Part shown: piece by piece, positions 49,724 to 63,100 of the stretch
How the letters are laid out: every line of letters starts with the position of its first letter
Position numbering within the stretch: position 1 is the stretch's first letter
Assembly (NCBI GenBank): GCA_905178155.1
Contig: CAJINV010000007.1
Span: 3,924,265 to 3,988,264 of the forward strand
Reading direction: 5' to 3'
From: Amoebophrya sp. A120
Lineage: Eukaryota; Protista; Dinoflagellata
Length of the DNA stretch: 64,000 nucleotides
Notes under the pieces: generated by a model
What the model saw: only the letters and a program-made list of their open reading frames with translations
What the model was told of the DNA's origin: nothing
The model's database searches: none
Translations under genes and position numbers: made by a program

Positions 49724-50740
49724 ATGCAGGAAGTACCAACTAAGCACACCACCGAAGATAGTGTCAATTCAGAACTTCCGCCGCACTTCTCGCAGTACGA
49801 CCCCCCCCGAGAAACTGAAACAAAACTAGCGACCGAAATGAAGACCATGCTTGAGGATATAACTCAAAGTTGTTTTTACAAAATGAAAAAGAAAAAAGTC
49901 TAGGAAAATTAAGTTTGATTGCCGCGCATCATAACCTCAATTCTTCGTCGAACTGTGTGATATAATTAGCGATGTTCAACTCATACATTGCCTGGTCCAC
50001 GCATTTGTTGCAGAACGTCCGTGATCTTCTTCCGGGCTTACTTTACTCGCAGATTGCTGCTCTTAATGAAGCCCGTGCAAATTTCGCAAAGTAAAAAAGG
50101 ATCACGAGGAACATGATATTAGGGATCTAGAAGGATCTGCAACTGCAAGAAGGTACTATATTATATGCGAAAAAGTTGAAGTCCTATCTACCGAGTCGAG
50201 TTGCTCGAGTGCGACCCTCGCGAGGGACTTTTATGGGACGAGCTTCCAACAAGTTGTCTTTGTTCAACACACTGACACGGTTGAATAAAGCCAAACAGCG
50301 ACGCACGGTATAACGGTATTGTTTATTCATAGATCTTCAGAATCCCTTGCTTCTCGTTCCTCGATACTTGTGGCACATAGCCTGCTTAAAAAATGTTGAC
50401 ACGGATCTTCTTAGTAGACGACAGTGTGAGTCAATGTATTTGTATGGTAAAATGAGGACTCGACACACACACACACGCGACACATAATTGAGCTCACCTT
50501 GAAGATAGATGGAGACGAAATTCAGTGTGACTATGATCATGGCATATCTATGCTCTGAGATGCAGATGCGCAGCTTCAAAAAGAAGATCCTCTCCCTCCT
50601 TCTACTCTAAACGCCCCAGGCCTGAGGCAGCGTCCAAGGAAACCAGAATCAGGTCCTTTTCGGCCGAAGATGATCTTTTCTTATTTCTCCGCCAGCGACA
50701 GTGCACTTCACTTCGACAGTGTGCAAGTAACTACAGGGGA
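49724..50740 (+). CDS. Possible small multi-exon hypothetical protein
   Basis: Coding-like exons MQEVPTKHTTEDS...MKTMLEDI, QNVRDLLPGLLYSQIAALNEARANFAK and DADAQLQKEDPLPP. Junctions unresolved. Confidence 0.35.
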
Positions 50741-51008
50741 GCGAAGCAGTGTGTTGACGTAGGAGATATATATTCGTACCCTTTGCTCGTGTTTTGTTTC
50801 TTTCACAAGACAAATTCTATTGGCGATGTTCCATCTACTAAGTCTCCGCATCCGTCGTAAGGACCAGGGGATTTTCAATCCGTGTGGCTGCACAAGAATG
50901 TGAATTTACGCTAGTATGCTATATTGTACTTAGCATATAATCTTTATGAGCATGAGAAAGTAAGTGTTAGGTAGTGTATCACGATAGGCCAATACCGAGG
51001 AAAACAAA

Positions 51009-54000
51009 ATGAGCGGGACGCCAGCTGGTGCTGCATCAGCTTGGGACTTCAACCTGCACTACACACCCAACACGGTCGCCGCGTTCGCGAAAACAGCCTC
51101 CGTATGAAACAGAAGCTCTCAAACGTTGCATTCTTTGATGCTGTTCTCTCATTTACATGATTTGCCATCCTTGCAGAATTGCCAGCAGCGTCGTCGCGTT
51201 CACACGATCAAGCTGCTTCGCGTCGCAAGTTTAATGGCCTGAAGATTTTTTTTATTTTTCAAATTTGTCTATAAGGCAAAACGTGCAAAAATAGTACTTA
51301 GCATCAAACTCCCTCCTTTCATTTCCGCGATTCTTGCATCAATCGGCGGGATTATAGCATCAATGTAGTGACGTCGTTGAGATGTCGAACAACTCCATAG
51401 GCCGAGCGTTTTGGGTATGCCGGGATCGCGATGAACTTCGAAGTGGAAGACCTGGCCGAAATGGAGGAACTTTTGTGCATTTTGAAAGAGAAAAGCCTCG
51501 AAGAAGAGACCAGAGCAACCGCGCCCGCGCCCGCTGGTAGTACGACCAGTAGACCAATGGGAAAAACTACATCGATGCTCTTGTCATCTTCAACATTATC
51601 CTCTTGTAGTACTACGTTGAAAAAGAACAACTACAACATCCACGCGACCACTGGTGGAGCAGGAGCAAAAGCTACCGGGAAGGCGAAGTCGCAGTTTCGC
51701 GCCCGTTTTGTCCAGTTTGTGGAGGAGTGCGATTTGGAGAGCTCGCGCTTCTTGGAGGAACAAAGGAGCCGCGTTTTGATGAAGAGCAGGCACGAAGGTC
51801 AGGATGGTGAACGGCAAAAAGTTGCTCGTCCTCGTGAGATGAAACAACTGCAGGCGACGACGAGTACAGCCAGCTACAACAGATTCGTCGACAAAAAGAG
51901 TGGTAGTAACGATGGATCAAAGATGAAAATAAAAACGCCCCCTGCAGCTCCGCCTGCCGATGTGCTGAAACGCGTCACGCTAGTCCACGATGGGGCGGCA
52001 GTGAATTTCCACCGGAAAACGGACTTGATTCGGGAAATCGCAACCTTGCTGCGGCGCCGAGCGTCCAGTCAGAGAAACGGGAAGAACATAGAGACAGCCA
52101 CTATATCATCCGCGTTTCGTGGTGGCCAGGAACAGGAACAAAGTACACCCCTGGCGGAGCACTTCCCTTCTGATGGTCAGCAACCGGATTCGAATGGACA
52201 AACGAAAGCCGAGTCCTCGACCTCTTTAATTCGGAAGCAAGGTCAGCTGCACCACTCGTCGCGATTGCTACCAGCGACCAAGTATGCTTCGAAAATAAAG
52301 TATAGTACTCGTATAAATATAATTAAATGCGTGTCTTGCAGCAAGACAAATCTCTTTTTTTCCCTTAATGTGCATGACAAATTCAATTTTTCTTCGTTGA
52401 AAAAAATTTTTCTTCATGCAATGCTGTGTACTAGTACCAGTACGCAATTACTTTTTCTATGCATACCAAGCGAGCCAAGAAACAAGAGCTGGAGGTCGTG
52501 CAGGCAGCAAATAGAAGTACTGAAAATAATAAAAGCCCACTGCACGACGACCACCGGGTGGAAAATGGGCGGTCCTTCACCACTAAGCCGTGGCTGCTGC
52601 ACAAAAATTATGCCAACGCGCAGCGCCACCCCTGGTGTGATTTCTTGGTGGCCATCCGTCCCGTATGAAGGTACACAACAACTCCCCCTTCCCCTCATTT
52701 CTCATGCAGATAAAACGCAGCTCCAGCACAGCCACTGCCTCATATCTTCGCTATTACCTGGTATGACAAATTTGGGCAGAACCCAATCCTTACTACAGTC
52801 TGCCCGCATGTTTGTCATGCAAAAGCTACATTTCGATTATTTCTGACCTTGTTTCTATTGCTGTTCTTGCTTTCAAATGAGGGGAAGAGGCAGCTTTGCA
52901 CACTCATATTCCGGGAGCGACCAGGCACTGACGGAGATCGCGAACCTCGGAGGCGGTGGAACGACAAATACGCTAGAAAAAAACTGTGTAAGTGTAGATG
53001 ACACCTGTAAAAATGAACAAGCACACGATACAGCAACGGTATACAGTTGTCACGCTAGCCAGCCGTTATCCTGAAATTACCATCCTGTGTTCATGATATA
53101 CATACTTTTTCAAGTACGAAAATGAACTTGGTAATAAGAGGCTATAATGTCTGTTGTCCTGGAGAAGAAATAATGTGTCATGTTATCACTCCAAGACGCC
53201 TACACTGACACAGTTTTTTTACTGGATAACAAGCGCAATCGGTTCATTATCCTCTTTACCCGGCGGAAGCACGTCCGCAAACGCGCCGCCGTTGTTTGAT
53301 CTGCTAGCCCTTCCCCTGGAGCAGCCGGCAACGAGCGCAACCGGGATCCGCATCTTGCGGCCTCAGGTAACCGCTTTACTCGACCGAAATCCAGCGCTCC
53401 TGTTTGAGGTATCGGAGAAAAAAAGATTGTAGCTGCAACTTTATTTTTGCGAGTGCGAGAAGAAGATGAAGAGCACCACATCGTGCAAACAAAAAAAACT
53501 GGCCATGCGCAGCTAGTACTTTTTGTGAAAACACAAGCGCGGCGAGCCTATTATGCATGTCCAGCATGATTATGCCAAGTGTACTACTGAAACTGTCTTG
53601 CCCCCTCGCCTGCAAGATGAACGCAAATTTACACGAGCAATCTCCTCTTTCTCCTGCATATGAGGTTCCTTTCGCGCACTGCCTGCGCGCCGAGCAGGCC
53701 GATCAGTTTCGACATTTTTTTCAAAATTTGCAGAAGCTGGCCCGGCTCACGCACGGCAAGCACTGCCTTCTCACCTCCGGAGCCCGAGCTCCGGCCGTAT
53801 CCACTGCAAATTAATATATCTGGGTCTGGAAGTAGAATGCAGATGCTATGCGTCGTGCTGTTTCTGTATCTACCACACGAGGGTCTTGTCTTGAATGCAC
53901 GCAGAGCATCAGAGGCAGGCTTTGCGGACGCTTTTCCATGATACCCTCTCCGAGAGACCCCTCTTTTGCATGTGCAGACGAGACCATGAGCATGTAACAC

Positions 54001-54622
54001 AGATTTTTGCCTGTTCCAGATCTTCCAGAATCTGCATCCTTTGTTCGGATCCAGATGACATATTTGCAATGCATAGGCCGAGCAGCGGTCCAAATTTGAC
54101 CTGGTGAATTTGGCGTACGTCTCTGGGGTGCTTCAGGTCCAGCACGCGGTTACCCTACGTAAAAGTATACTCGCTCCAGTAAGTACGTGTACGTAATTCG
54201 AGAAGTTTATTCATTGAGCGACAAGCTTTCATTTTGCAAAACTGAAAATAAATGGACAGCCCGGTGGTCATCATGCAGAGGACTGAGGGGGCCATCTGGA
54301 ACTGTGTACTTAGTATGAAAACGCGTATATTGATTAAGTATAATCTTTGGCATTTTGTTGATTTTTGCAGTTGCAGTGGACACAGATACAAAACATTTCA
54401 ACGAGTGTAGTGATACTTTTGCAGAGGATCGCGGAGCGTCACCTACAGCAGGGCTGCCGAAATTTCGGCTTACTTTCATGTTCGTATGGTGATGCGGCGA
54501 ACTTGAATGGTGGAGGTGGACCAGCAGGAAGGGGCAACAGGACGCACGTCTCAGTTGCCAATCATAGTACTACCTGCGCAAATTTTTATGCACCGGCCCC
54601 GGTAGGGGTCGTGCGATGCTAA
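51009..54622 (+). CDS. RPP30: RNase P/MRP subunit p30 (Rpp30/Rpp1) with low-complexity insertions
   Basis: WDFNL...ERFGYAGIAMN; LKRVTLV; DFLVAIRP-GS; FDLLAL; LFE-VPFAHCL...FFQNLQKLARLTHGKHCLLTSGA..PA-EQRSKFDLVNL. This follows the RPP30 motif order (GY..IA.N, RLT, D..AVRP, FEI.Y, GK..IISSGA, LR...DV.NL). 3' end approximate. Confidence 0.75.
52283..52465. mobile_element. Introner (H-like, eroded)
   Basis: TSD CCAAG, TATGC...GCATA ends. Removal gives ATK-RAKKQE. Confidence 0.8.
52664..52908. mobile_element. Introner, family B
   Basis: TSD TCCCG/TTCCG. CTTCCCCTCATTT / AAATGAGGGGAAG IR. Confidence 0.85.
53410..53660. mobile_element. Introner
   Basis: TSD TGAGG gives canonical GT...AG. TATCGGAGAAA / TTTCTCCTGCATA ends. 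Removal gives LFE-VPF. Confidence 0.8.
53798..54075. mobile_element. Introner, family D/E
   Basis: TSD GGCCG. TGCAAAT..ATCTGGGTCTGGA / TCGGATCCAGAT..ATTTGCA. Confidence 0.88.
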
Positions 54623-55382
54623 AAGTTGCACGCTGTACAACTAGTGCTTAGCTTTTACGATCTGTTCAAACCTGCGTGGTAATACCTACCAGCGACCAGG
54701 AGCGCGGACGTATGTCATGCGCTTGCGCATGCATGCATGAGGTTTTTGTTTCACGCGGTCATTGGCCTTTTTTTGTTCCTACTGAGCAGTGATTCTTGTG
54801 CATGCTGCACACACCCGAAAGAACACGATTGATGTCCGACACGACGCCCCCAATAGCAATAAAGGGGAAAATGAAACGCAAGGCCGCGACCACTCGCAGA
54901 ATGAAACAAGAACTACAAAGAGTGACCCTTGCGACTGTTTTTAGACTCATGATGCTTCGCTCACCTGTTTACCCCAAAAAACCTCGACGCATGTTCAACT
55001 TTTGTCGGAGCAGATGCAGATTGAGCAGATGCAGACACAGACTATTCTTGTTGCATTATGAAGATTATTGTCTGATCAGCTGGTTCTTGTCCTTGTCCTT
55101 GTCGTGTTTAGGTCGCTTCTTGTGATGTTTCGTTCCACCATACCAGGCAGGCAGCTCCTATGAGTTGCTGTCGATTCTTGTCTTTTTCATCTGCTAGTCG
55201 GAGAAAAAGTACTTAGCACTTTTCTCCAGATGACATCTGCATCTGGAGGAAAGTGTTACTCTTTCTTGTTCGTCCGTTTTCATTGGTAGACTTTGTTCAT
55301 ATTCGTTCGCTTATCTTTACTTTGCTACCGGTAGTTTTTCCGAACTGAGAAAGAGAAACCAATGGGAAAAATCGAGTAATCT

Positions 55383-56540
55383 GGTAACCAAATGCGTGCG
55401 CGCGCGCGCGCAGAGCGCGCGCCGGCCCACGAAGCCGGCGCGCGCGCTCTGCGCGCTTGCGATATTGCTTAGCAAACGCAGCGCGAAGGCAGTTGCCGTT
55501 ACCATATAGGGCAACCGCCGGGAGGCGTGAAGGTCAGGGAAATGGCCAGAAATGAAGCGGGAGAAGGGAAAAAAAGCGGACCAGATGGGAAAATGGGCAG
55601 GAGATCAAAAATGTCGCAAAAACGGCAGAAACCAAGCGGGAAGAGGTGAAAAAGAGCATTTTTGCGGTCTGGCCCACTTAGTATCTGAAAAAAAGACGGA
55701 GTATTTTTTGGTTCGGCCGCTTGACAGCTGCGTCGGAGCAGCGGTTCCGCGACCTGTTCGGAAGCCTTGAGCCGCTTCGTAAGTGGAAAAAGTTGGAAAA
55801 AAATGACAAAAAATTGCTTCATAACGTGGGTGGAAGCAATCGGCGGATTTTGTCCAGATCACCCGGGCCACTTAGAAAATGGGAAAAGAAGAAAAATCTT
55901 GCAAAAGCGCAATCCCCCCGCAGGCTTGAAAACTGCCACCCAGGTGGGGGCGGTGAAAATGTCCAGGTCGCCCGGGCCACTTGGAAAATGGGAAAAGAAG
56001 AAAAATCTTGCAAAAGCGCAATCCCCCCGCAGGCTTCAAAACTGCCAGTCAGGTGGGGGCGGTGAAAATGTGCAGGTCGCCCGGGCCACTTAGAAAATGG
56101 GAAAAGAAGAAAAATTTCGCAAAAGCGCAATCCCTCCGCAGGCTTCGAAACTGCCAGGCAGCTGCGGTCGGTGAAAATGTCCGGAGCCCTTTGGCCACCT
56201 AAGAACCAGAAAAAAGAGCGAAAATTGAAAAAAATCGAGAACCCTCGGCAGGCTTACAAACTGGCCGCCAAGGGCGGTCCGGCGGGCGCGCTAGAAAGGA
56301 TGCCCCGCTGCGAGCTAGCAGACCGGACGTCGCATTCAATGCTTATCGCAGGATCCTGCGATAAGCTTTGAATGCGAATCCGGAAGCCTCCGATGGCCCG
56401 GGATAGATGTGGGGTTCTAATTAAAAAGAAAGGGTGGTGGCAGCCGCGCGGCGAAAGCGCGGCCCGCAGGGCCGCGCTTTGGCCGCGCGGCTGGCTAGGC
56501 TCTCGCGCTGGTTAGATTTTCGCGCACGCATTTGGTTACC
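55383..56540. mobile_element. Intergenic non-autonomous TIR element (about 1.16 kb) with internal tandem array and GC hairpins
   Basis: Perfect 20-21-bp TIR GGTAACCAAATGCGTGCGCG. Flanks AATCT/AATAT. Confidence 0.85.
55862..56190 (+). repeat. 109-bp tandem repeat x3, plus degenerate flanking copies
   Basis: CCCGGGCCACTT.GAAAATGGGAAAAGAAGAAAAAT... units start at 55862, 55971 and 56080. Confidence 0.92.
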
Positions 56541-57180
56541 AATATCGCCCTCCGGGCGCGACATTCATACATCATCATAGGCAAGCTTTGTATGAATATT
56601 TATCTTTGTTCAAAAAAGTATCCGAGCAAAAATGCACATCCGTTTGCCTGGGCGGGCTCTTCTACTCTAACGCTCTGACTATTCTCCGCAGCTGCCCGTT
56701 CCGCCATGTTGTTGTAGGTATGTGCTGTGTTTAGCGTAGTTGTTCGGAATTTGATTTGTTTACTCGAGCCTGCCCGTGCAATCGTGAATCCGGTTGCTTT
56801 GGTTGACTCCAATTGTGTTGAGCAGGCCGGTTTCCGCTATAAGATATGTATTTGGTTTTGGAACAGGAGAGGACCGGGAATACTTCTACGAGCATTTGTG
56901 TACTACTAAAACACTAGGCCGGAAGAAATCCTCGAAGAATATAATTATCAATACCATGTCGTGGCTCGTCGTTCCACGACCACCTGGGTCGTTTTATTTG
57001 CACGACCGTCAGCACCCTTCTTGCAGCCGGCGGAGTTGTGCCGTTTTTCGCGGCCAGCCACGATTTGGACTTGCACGCTGTGCTGGTGCCCGAAGATGTT
57101 TTATTTGCTCGTACCAGGTAGAAGTTACGAGGAAAGTACTCGTTGCGCCAGGTTGGTGGTCGTGTTGCATTCGCTTGCTG

Positions 57181-60100
57181 ATGTCGCGCCGCCTTGTTCT
57201 GGAAGCTCTGCCGTTCTTTATTTTCATGGGTGCGCTCATCTTCAACCTCATCTTCGAACAAATTTTGACTTTTGTTCCGATGAAGGATCATAGACGACCT
57301 CCTTTAGAAGAGACACATCAGTCACGACCCACTTCTGCCGTTATTTTTGTTACCGCGTCTATTGCTATTACGGGGGAATTCGTTTCGCCCTTCTACCTCA
57401 CGACGGCGTCCTCAGAGGGCGTCAGCCTACCTTCAGGCAACTTCGCTCATGACCACCCCCTGCAAAGGCCGTACCCGGACCTATGGGTGTGTCCGGATCG
57501 AAATCCACAAAGTTGAAATAGTTTGTCATGCAAACATAAAATGGATACCAGTACTATTTGGAGGCAGGCTCAATTTCAAAGAGGCGCCTGGCAAATTTTC
57601 CGACCACCCGAAATCTAATTTGTCATGCTGTTTGGGCAGAGAAGCTAGCTTTTGCCACGCTGGTTTAGCAGCTCTATCTCAAACTTAAACCCTATTAAAC
57701 AGGCCCACAATCAGCCTCGCTGGCCATCCCTGAAAGACAGGCACATCATGCTTTGTATTTTATGTATGACAAATTATTTCAACTTTGTGGATTTCGGTCC
57801 TGACACTCCCATAGGATCACAGCCCGGATTTGTCTGACCTGACCAAAGCCGAGGACTCCGGCGTCTGCCACAAGAAGGAGGTCGATAGCACCAGCGAGGA
57901 ATGGTGGGAAGTGTCGTTCAAGGATAGCGCGGCGCGGAACATCACAGGTTTTGTCCTCTTCAAGTACCCGCCCGCTACCCCTTCGTCTCCTGAGGGAGCA
58001 CTAATTTACTTGGATGGCGCGACCGACGCCGCCGCTGCTACTGTGCCAGCTCTGCAGAACGACGGCGGGGGAACCTGGGTGGCGATCGGGCAAACCGCAC
58101 ACAGCATCCGCATCACGCGGTCTGCGGGGTCCTTCATCTTCTGTGGGTTCTGGTTGTTCGTGGCTTCGGGTGGATCCTCCTGGCCGCCTCTGGGTCAGGA
58201 ACCCAACCTGCCGGTGGGGACCTCCGGCCGCTATGTGTACCCTGCGTTCCTGACGACCTCTTCCGCAGCGGATTATAGCGCCATGTATTCTCACGAACAT
58301 GCGATCCGCCGGAGCCCCTCCCTGATCTACCCATTTTCTGTGAACGCAGGTCACAAGGTGTGCTCCCAAACATTCTCCCCCAATGATTGGTGGCAAGTGG
58401 CTTTCAGGGACGGGGTTCCGCACAGTCTGTCGGGTTTGGTTATCTTCAGCAAGTCCACAGGTCCTCAGAACACCTACCTAGATATCGGCGGAGTAGAGGT
58501 GTACGTTGACCGAGCGCAGTGGGGCGTGTTGGAATCATTTCCCAGTTTTCGGCTCCCGTTGGCGATCGACCCCCTTGGCACCTGGGTGCCCATCCACCGC
58601 CGCGTGACCACGGTGCGCCTGCATAGAAAGGAGCTGTGGTTGACCTTGTGCGGCCTCTGGCTGTTCGAGGCGGAGAGCCCGTTGGAGGCAGAGTCGGTGT
58701 ATGCAAGCGCTGCGCCCCTGGATCACCCGAACATCCCCGCGGGGACTGCGGGCCGGTTCATTCCTCCCGGGGAGCTCTTGGTCACCGCGTCCAGCGAATG
58801 GGGCACCGATGTACTCCGAAGGGACTTCCCCCTCCGCCGGGCAATGCCCAACGACTGGTATTTCTTCGGGACACTGGGGGGGTCGTTCGACTCTGGCCAG
58901 TGTTTTGCGTCCTTATTGGATACCGGCGCGGACGAGTGGTGGGAGGTAAGTTTCACCGACAACGCCCCCCGCCAGCTTTCTGGTTTTGTGCTGTTCGCTC
59001 GTGACATTGGGATCACATCTGACGCCTCCAGGATCCACAATGCCGATGTTCACCTAAACGGGGACAATTCCCGGGTTGCCTTCACGCTGCCGAGTTCGGT
59101 CTCTGTGACCGGAAGCTGGGTCGCGCTTCCGGTTGGGCTCCCGATTTCCAGCATCCGCATTAAGAAATCTGACGGCTTGGTTTTCTGCGGCTTTTGGATG
59201 TTCGAGAACGCGCCGCCTTCCGCAGCGGACTGGTTCTACAATGGCACCACCCATGCACCGGCCCGGCACTACTTGTCCACCAAAGTTCCCGCCGGGACCG
59301 ACGAGGACCTGTTTTTCATAGACGGGCATACCAAGCTTGGTCGGTACGGTCACTGCGCCGACCAGACATTTTATTGACGGAAAATAAAAGTGGTCGAGTG
59401 GTCACAGACCTCTTGCAACAGCAGAACCAGAAACACACTGCCCTGGTGCATGACAGAGAGAAAATAGACTTGCAAAAGTGTGGACGTGGAGGTTAATAAG
59501 AATAATAGGGGACGAAATGTTAAACATGGATGAAACGAGTCGAGGCTCGCAAGCAATCCCGGGTTGATATCAAAGGCAGCTGTCTGTGTCTGTCTTGCCT
59601 GCTCACTACGGCAAGGAGGTGTAAAAACTGTTCTTACGTAACCAAGTGCAGTTACCACGCTTTTTTTTCCCTATAGTGCGGAGCACCTCTTCCTCCCGCT
59701 ATGCAATACAAATAATTTCCCGTACATCTACGAGATGCATCACAAATTTCTCCAATTTGGACTGTAACACTTGCGATGCCATAAAAAAACTAGGATCGGA
59801 GCCAGTGTTTGTCATGCTGAGACCGCATTTGTTTTACTCTTATGTACGTGTGCGGGAAATTTTAGTTTACTGTGGATACCCCCTGAACGAGGACACCACC
59901 GCCGAGGGATGCGTGGCTGCCAGTAGCCGGGTGGGCGGCGGCCTGGTCGCTGTGTACAAAGATATGGGTCCAGGAGAGTGTTGCTGTATCGGCACGACGC
60001 GAACGGCCTTTTTCAAAGCCAGTGGAAGCGCTAGTTCGAGGGACGTGGATTACGGCTTTGTGGTGGAGGGAACGTCCGCTGGCGAGTGGGATTTGACTTT

Positions 60101-63100
60101 TTACCCGAGTGGCACGTGGATTAGCGCTCCCGCTGGGGTGGTGAGCGCTGGCCTCTTTGGTCCCTGTGCTGGTCGCGTTCTTTCCGACCTGACAGACCAG
60201 GGAGTGAATGAATTGTACCTCGACTCGGACGAAGCCTTCGATGGCAGCGTGGACGCCTGCGCGCTGCGGGCTTTTCAGGTGCACGCCAAGTATTTCACCA
60301 TTGGAAACGAGAACAATGCGGCCTCGGTTTGCTGCGCGGTGTACCTGACAGACGCGACGCACAACGGTACGCTACCACTAACAATCTCCGGGCACCTACG
60401 ACTTTTTCAACTGCACGGCCGGTCGAACTCCACGGCCGCGGATGAGGTTCTACGTGCGCACACCGCCGGGCTGTATCCGCTTGCCGGCCTCGCGCATGTC
60501 AAAGCGACCCAGTATTCGACGTTCGTGGACCCCCTCACTGGGGTGGCGTACCACGCGGATCTCCCGCTGCGGCGCCCCTACGACGACCTTGCGCCGGTCG
60601 ACTACTGGTCCGCGAAACAATTTTGCGCGGTCGGTGCGGCCACGACGGCGGCGGGGAGCGAAGCTGGCTGGTGGGAACTGGAGTTCGTGGACCAAGTGGC
60701 TCGACCGGTTGCGGGGTTCGTCTGGTTTCGCCATTTTACGAACTGGGACACGGGGTATCTATCAAATGCAAATAAAATATAAGCAGTATGCTTGGGTCTG
60801 GAAGAAGACTGCAAGGTTCGTCATGCAGGCTTCGCGCATGTTGGCCCAGATGAAGAACGTGGGGAATTGTACGAGCTGCAGCATCCAAAGTTTTTGAGAT
60901 GGCTCTCGCTCTGCAAACGCTAACGCAATACCTATCCTGAATGAGAAACGCCATCTTGTTCGGGTGCTGGCCAAGAATTGGCGGCTTTTGCTGCTCACGC
61001 AATACAGATTTTTGCGTCCTGATTCGGTTGGTAAGTAGCGCAATCTGTTTTCTATTTCAATACAGATTTTTGCATGACAAACTCCGATACTTGCAGGCCC
61101 AGACAAGTTTGCAATGCATAGCATCTGGACAGTGACGACCCGATGCTGGGTGCCCAGGTTTACGTGGACGGTTTTCGCGTCTTGCACATTGACACCGTGA
61201 ACAGCACCGCGAAGCGCGGGCAGTGGGTCCCCTTTCCCAACGCCCCCCTTCTAGCGAAAAAGTTGCGCATTGTAGCCCGGCGGGACGCCGCAAACCCCTT
61301 GCGGCTCTGCGGATTTCATTTGTATCTCGCGGGGGACGTGTCTGCGGCCGCAAGGGCAGGAGCCGACGTGGCACCGGGCGGGGGGCCCTTTGAAGACGCC
61401 GCGCTTTCTACCCGGTCCTTGATTGAGGGGGGTGTGAACCGCCACTACTGGTTTACCGTTGCCGATTTCACGGTGCAAATGAGGAACCCCTCCGGCTGGG
61501 CTCAGTTCGGCATATACGGTCACTGTAGGAGCGGTTTCTTAGGCAACCTGTATACAGAATCGAACGCGGAGGATGGTGTCACGTTCGAAACCTGCGCGGC
61601 CGCAGCTGCTGCGGTCGATGGGCGTGGAATGATGATGATGAAAACCGACTTATCTTCCTGTGTAAAAACACCCCCACACCATAGTTGTAATGCAAATCTT
61701 CTGCATGCTGAAAATATTCTGCGGAGCCCCATAAGAGGCATTTTCTAGTCGCGTTTCGGAATTTGTCATGGTCCAATGAGCATGACGCGCGAGATCTCTG
61801 ATGCTGCTGAACTAGCTAAACAGGACTACACTATGAGGCCAAACTTGTCATGCGCGACAGCCCATCCGTTCGGTCCTCAGTAGGTAGCCCCACAATTATG
61901 GGGCTCGCCAATATATTTAGACGGTGGGTGACCCAATCGGCAGAGAGCACTGCCACCGATCCACCGATGACGATGATGAGTCCTTCCATCTTGACTATGG
62001 GGTCGGGACGTTTTTCCTCAGGATACGACTCCGCAGCTTTGGCGTCTGCCGGCCTTCCCGCTGATACGACTACTCCGTGTTGCACTGTCTACACCGGTGC
62101 CGCGTTCCGCGGAGTTGCTTTTGGTAGTGGTAGTAGTTGGAAAGTTCACTATAGCCATTTGATTCACATGGACCCTGCCTCGACGGGCGCCTGGGACGTG
62201 ACGCCGATCCCCTACGGCGGATGGATGGATGAAACCGACAATACCCACGACCACTACGGCCCCTGTGCTGTGCTTGGCGCCACGGGCACGCTTTTCACCG
62301 CCACCGGCGGCACGTACGACAACACCGTGGACCCCTGCGCTAAGCTGGCTGCGGAGAAAGGAAAGACGGGCTTCCTCATTGGGAACCACGACGACCCCTC
62401 TTCTCCGTGCTGTACACTGTATGCGGAGACCCAAGGGGACATGCGGTGGGGAGAAGAGGCGATGCCCACTGGAGGGAGTGGGGTCGCTTTTTTCTACCGC
62501 GTGTACAAATTGAACGGCCCGTCGCTGCTTACGGGCGCGAACCGCGTGCCTGCGGGGCTGGTGCCGCTGGCGGAGGCCGACGTCCGCCGGTTGATGGCCA
62601 CGCAGAGCTCGACCTTCACGGACCCTTTTTCCGGCAATATCTGCACCGCGACGAACCCATTGCGCCGCCCGTACAATGACGTTGTGCCGGTAGACTTATT
62701 TTCGTCGAAGCAGTACTGTGCGGTAACTGGGGCAGCTGCGTCCACAAATACGTTAGGGAAAACTGTCCCCACTACCGCGGTTTTCCCCAAAGAGAAAATT
62801 TTTTTTTCGATCCAAGGGCGACCAGAATGAGCCCTGCATAGCCGACCTACTCCGCGAACAGCCGAGACGCGAAGCCAGGTCCTCCCGGTGGGCTGCTTTA
62901 TGGAATGAAAGAAATTAATTAGCTAGTGGCGCGCATTAACTATATTTGCAGATCTTGCATCAATATTTATTTCATTTGAGAAAGGCCTTCACGCTCCGGC
63001 TTCCGGGCCCAGCTTGTCGACCATCCCCTCGGGCAGACCAGCATGGCGACGGTCTCCGGGTCCGATCTCCATGAACCTCGTGTAGAACTGTTACCGCGGA

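Noticed and set aside
55216-55258. Hairpin as a rho-independent terminator
   Set aside because: Eukaryotic locus. An isolated 18-bp stem with no evidence of function.
55862-56190. CRISPR-like array
   Set aside because: Contiguous 109-bp tandem units without unique spacers, no cas genes, eukaryotic context.
58001-62790. Minus-strand ORFs overlapping the large surface-protein gene, and similar ones over other genes
   Set aside because: Antisense shadows of GC3-rich coding sequence with no recognisable motifs.
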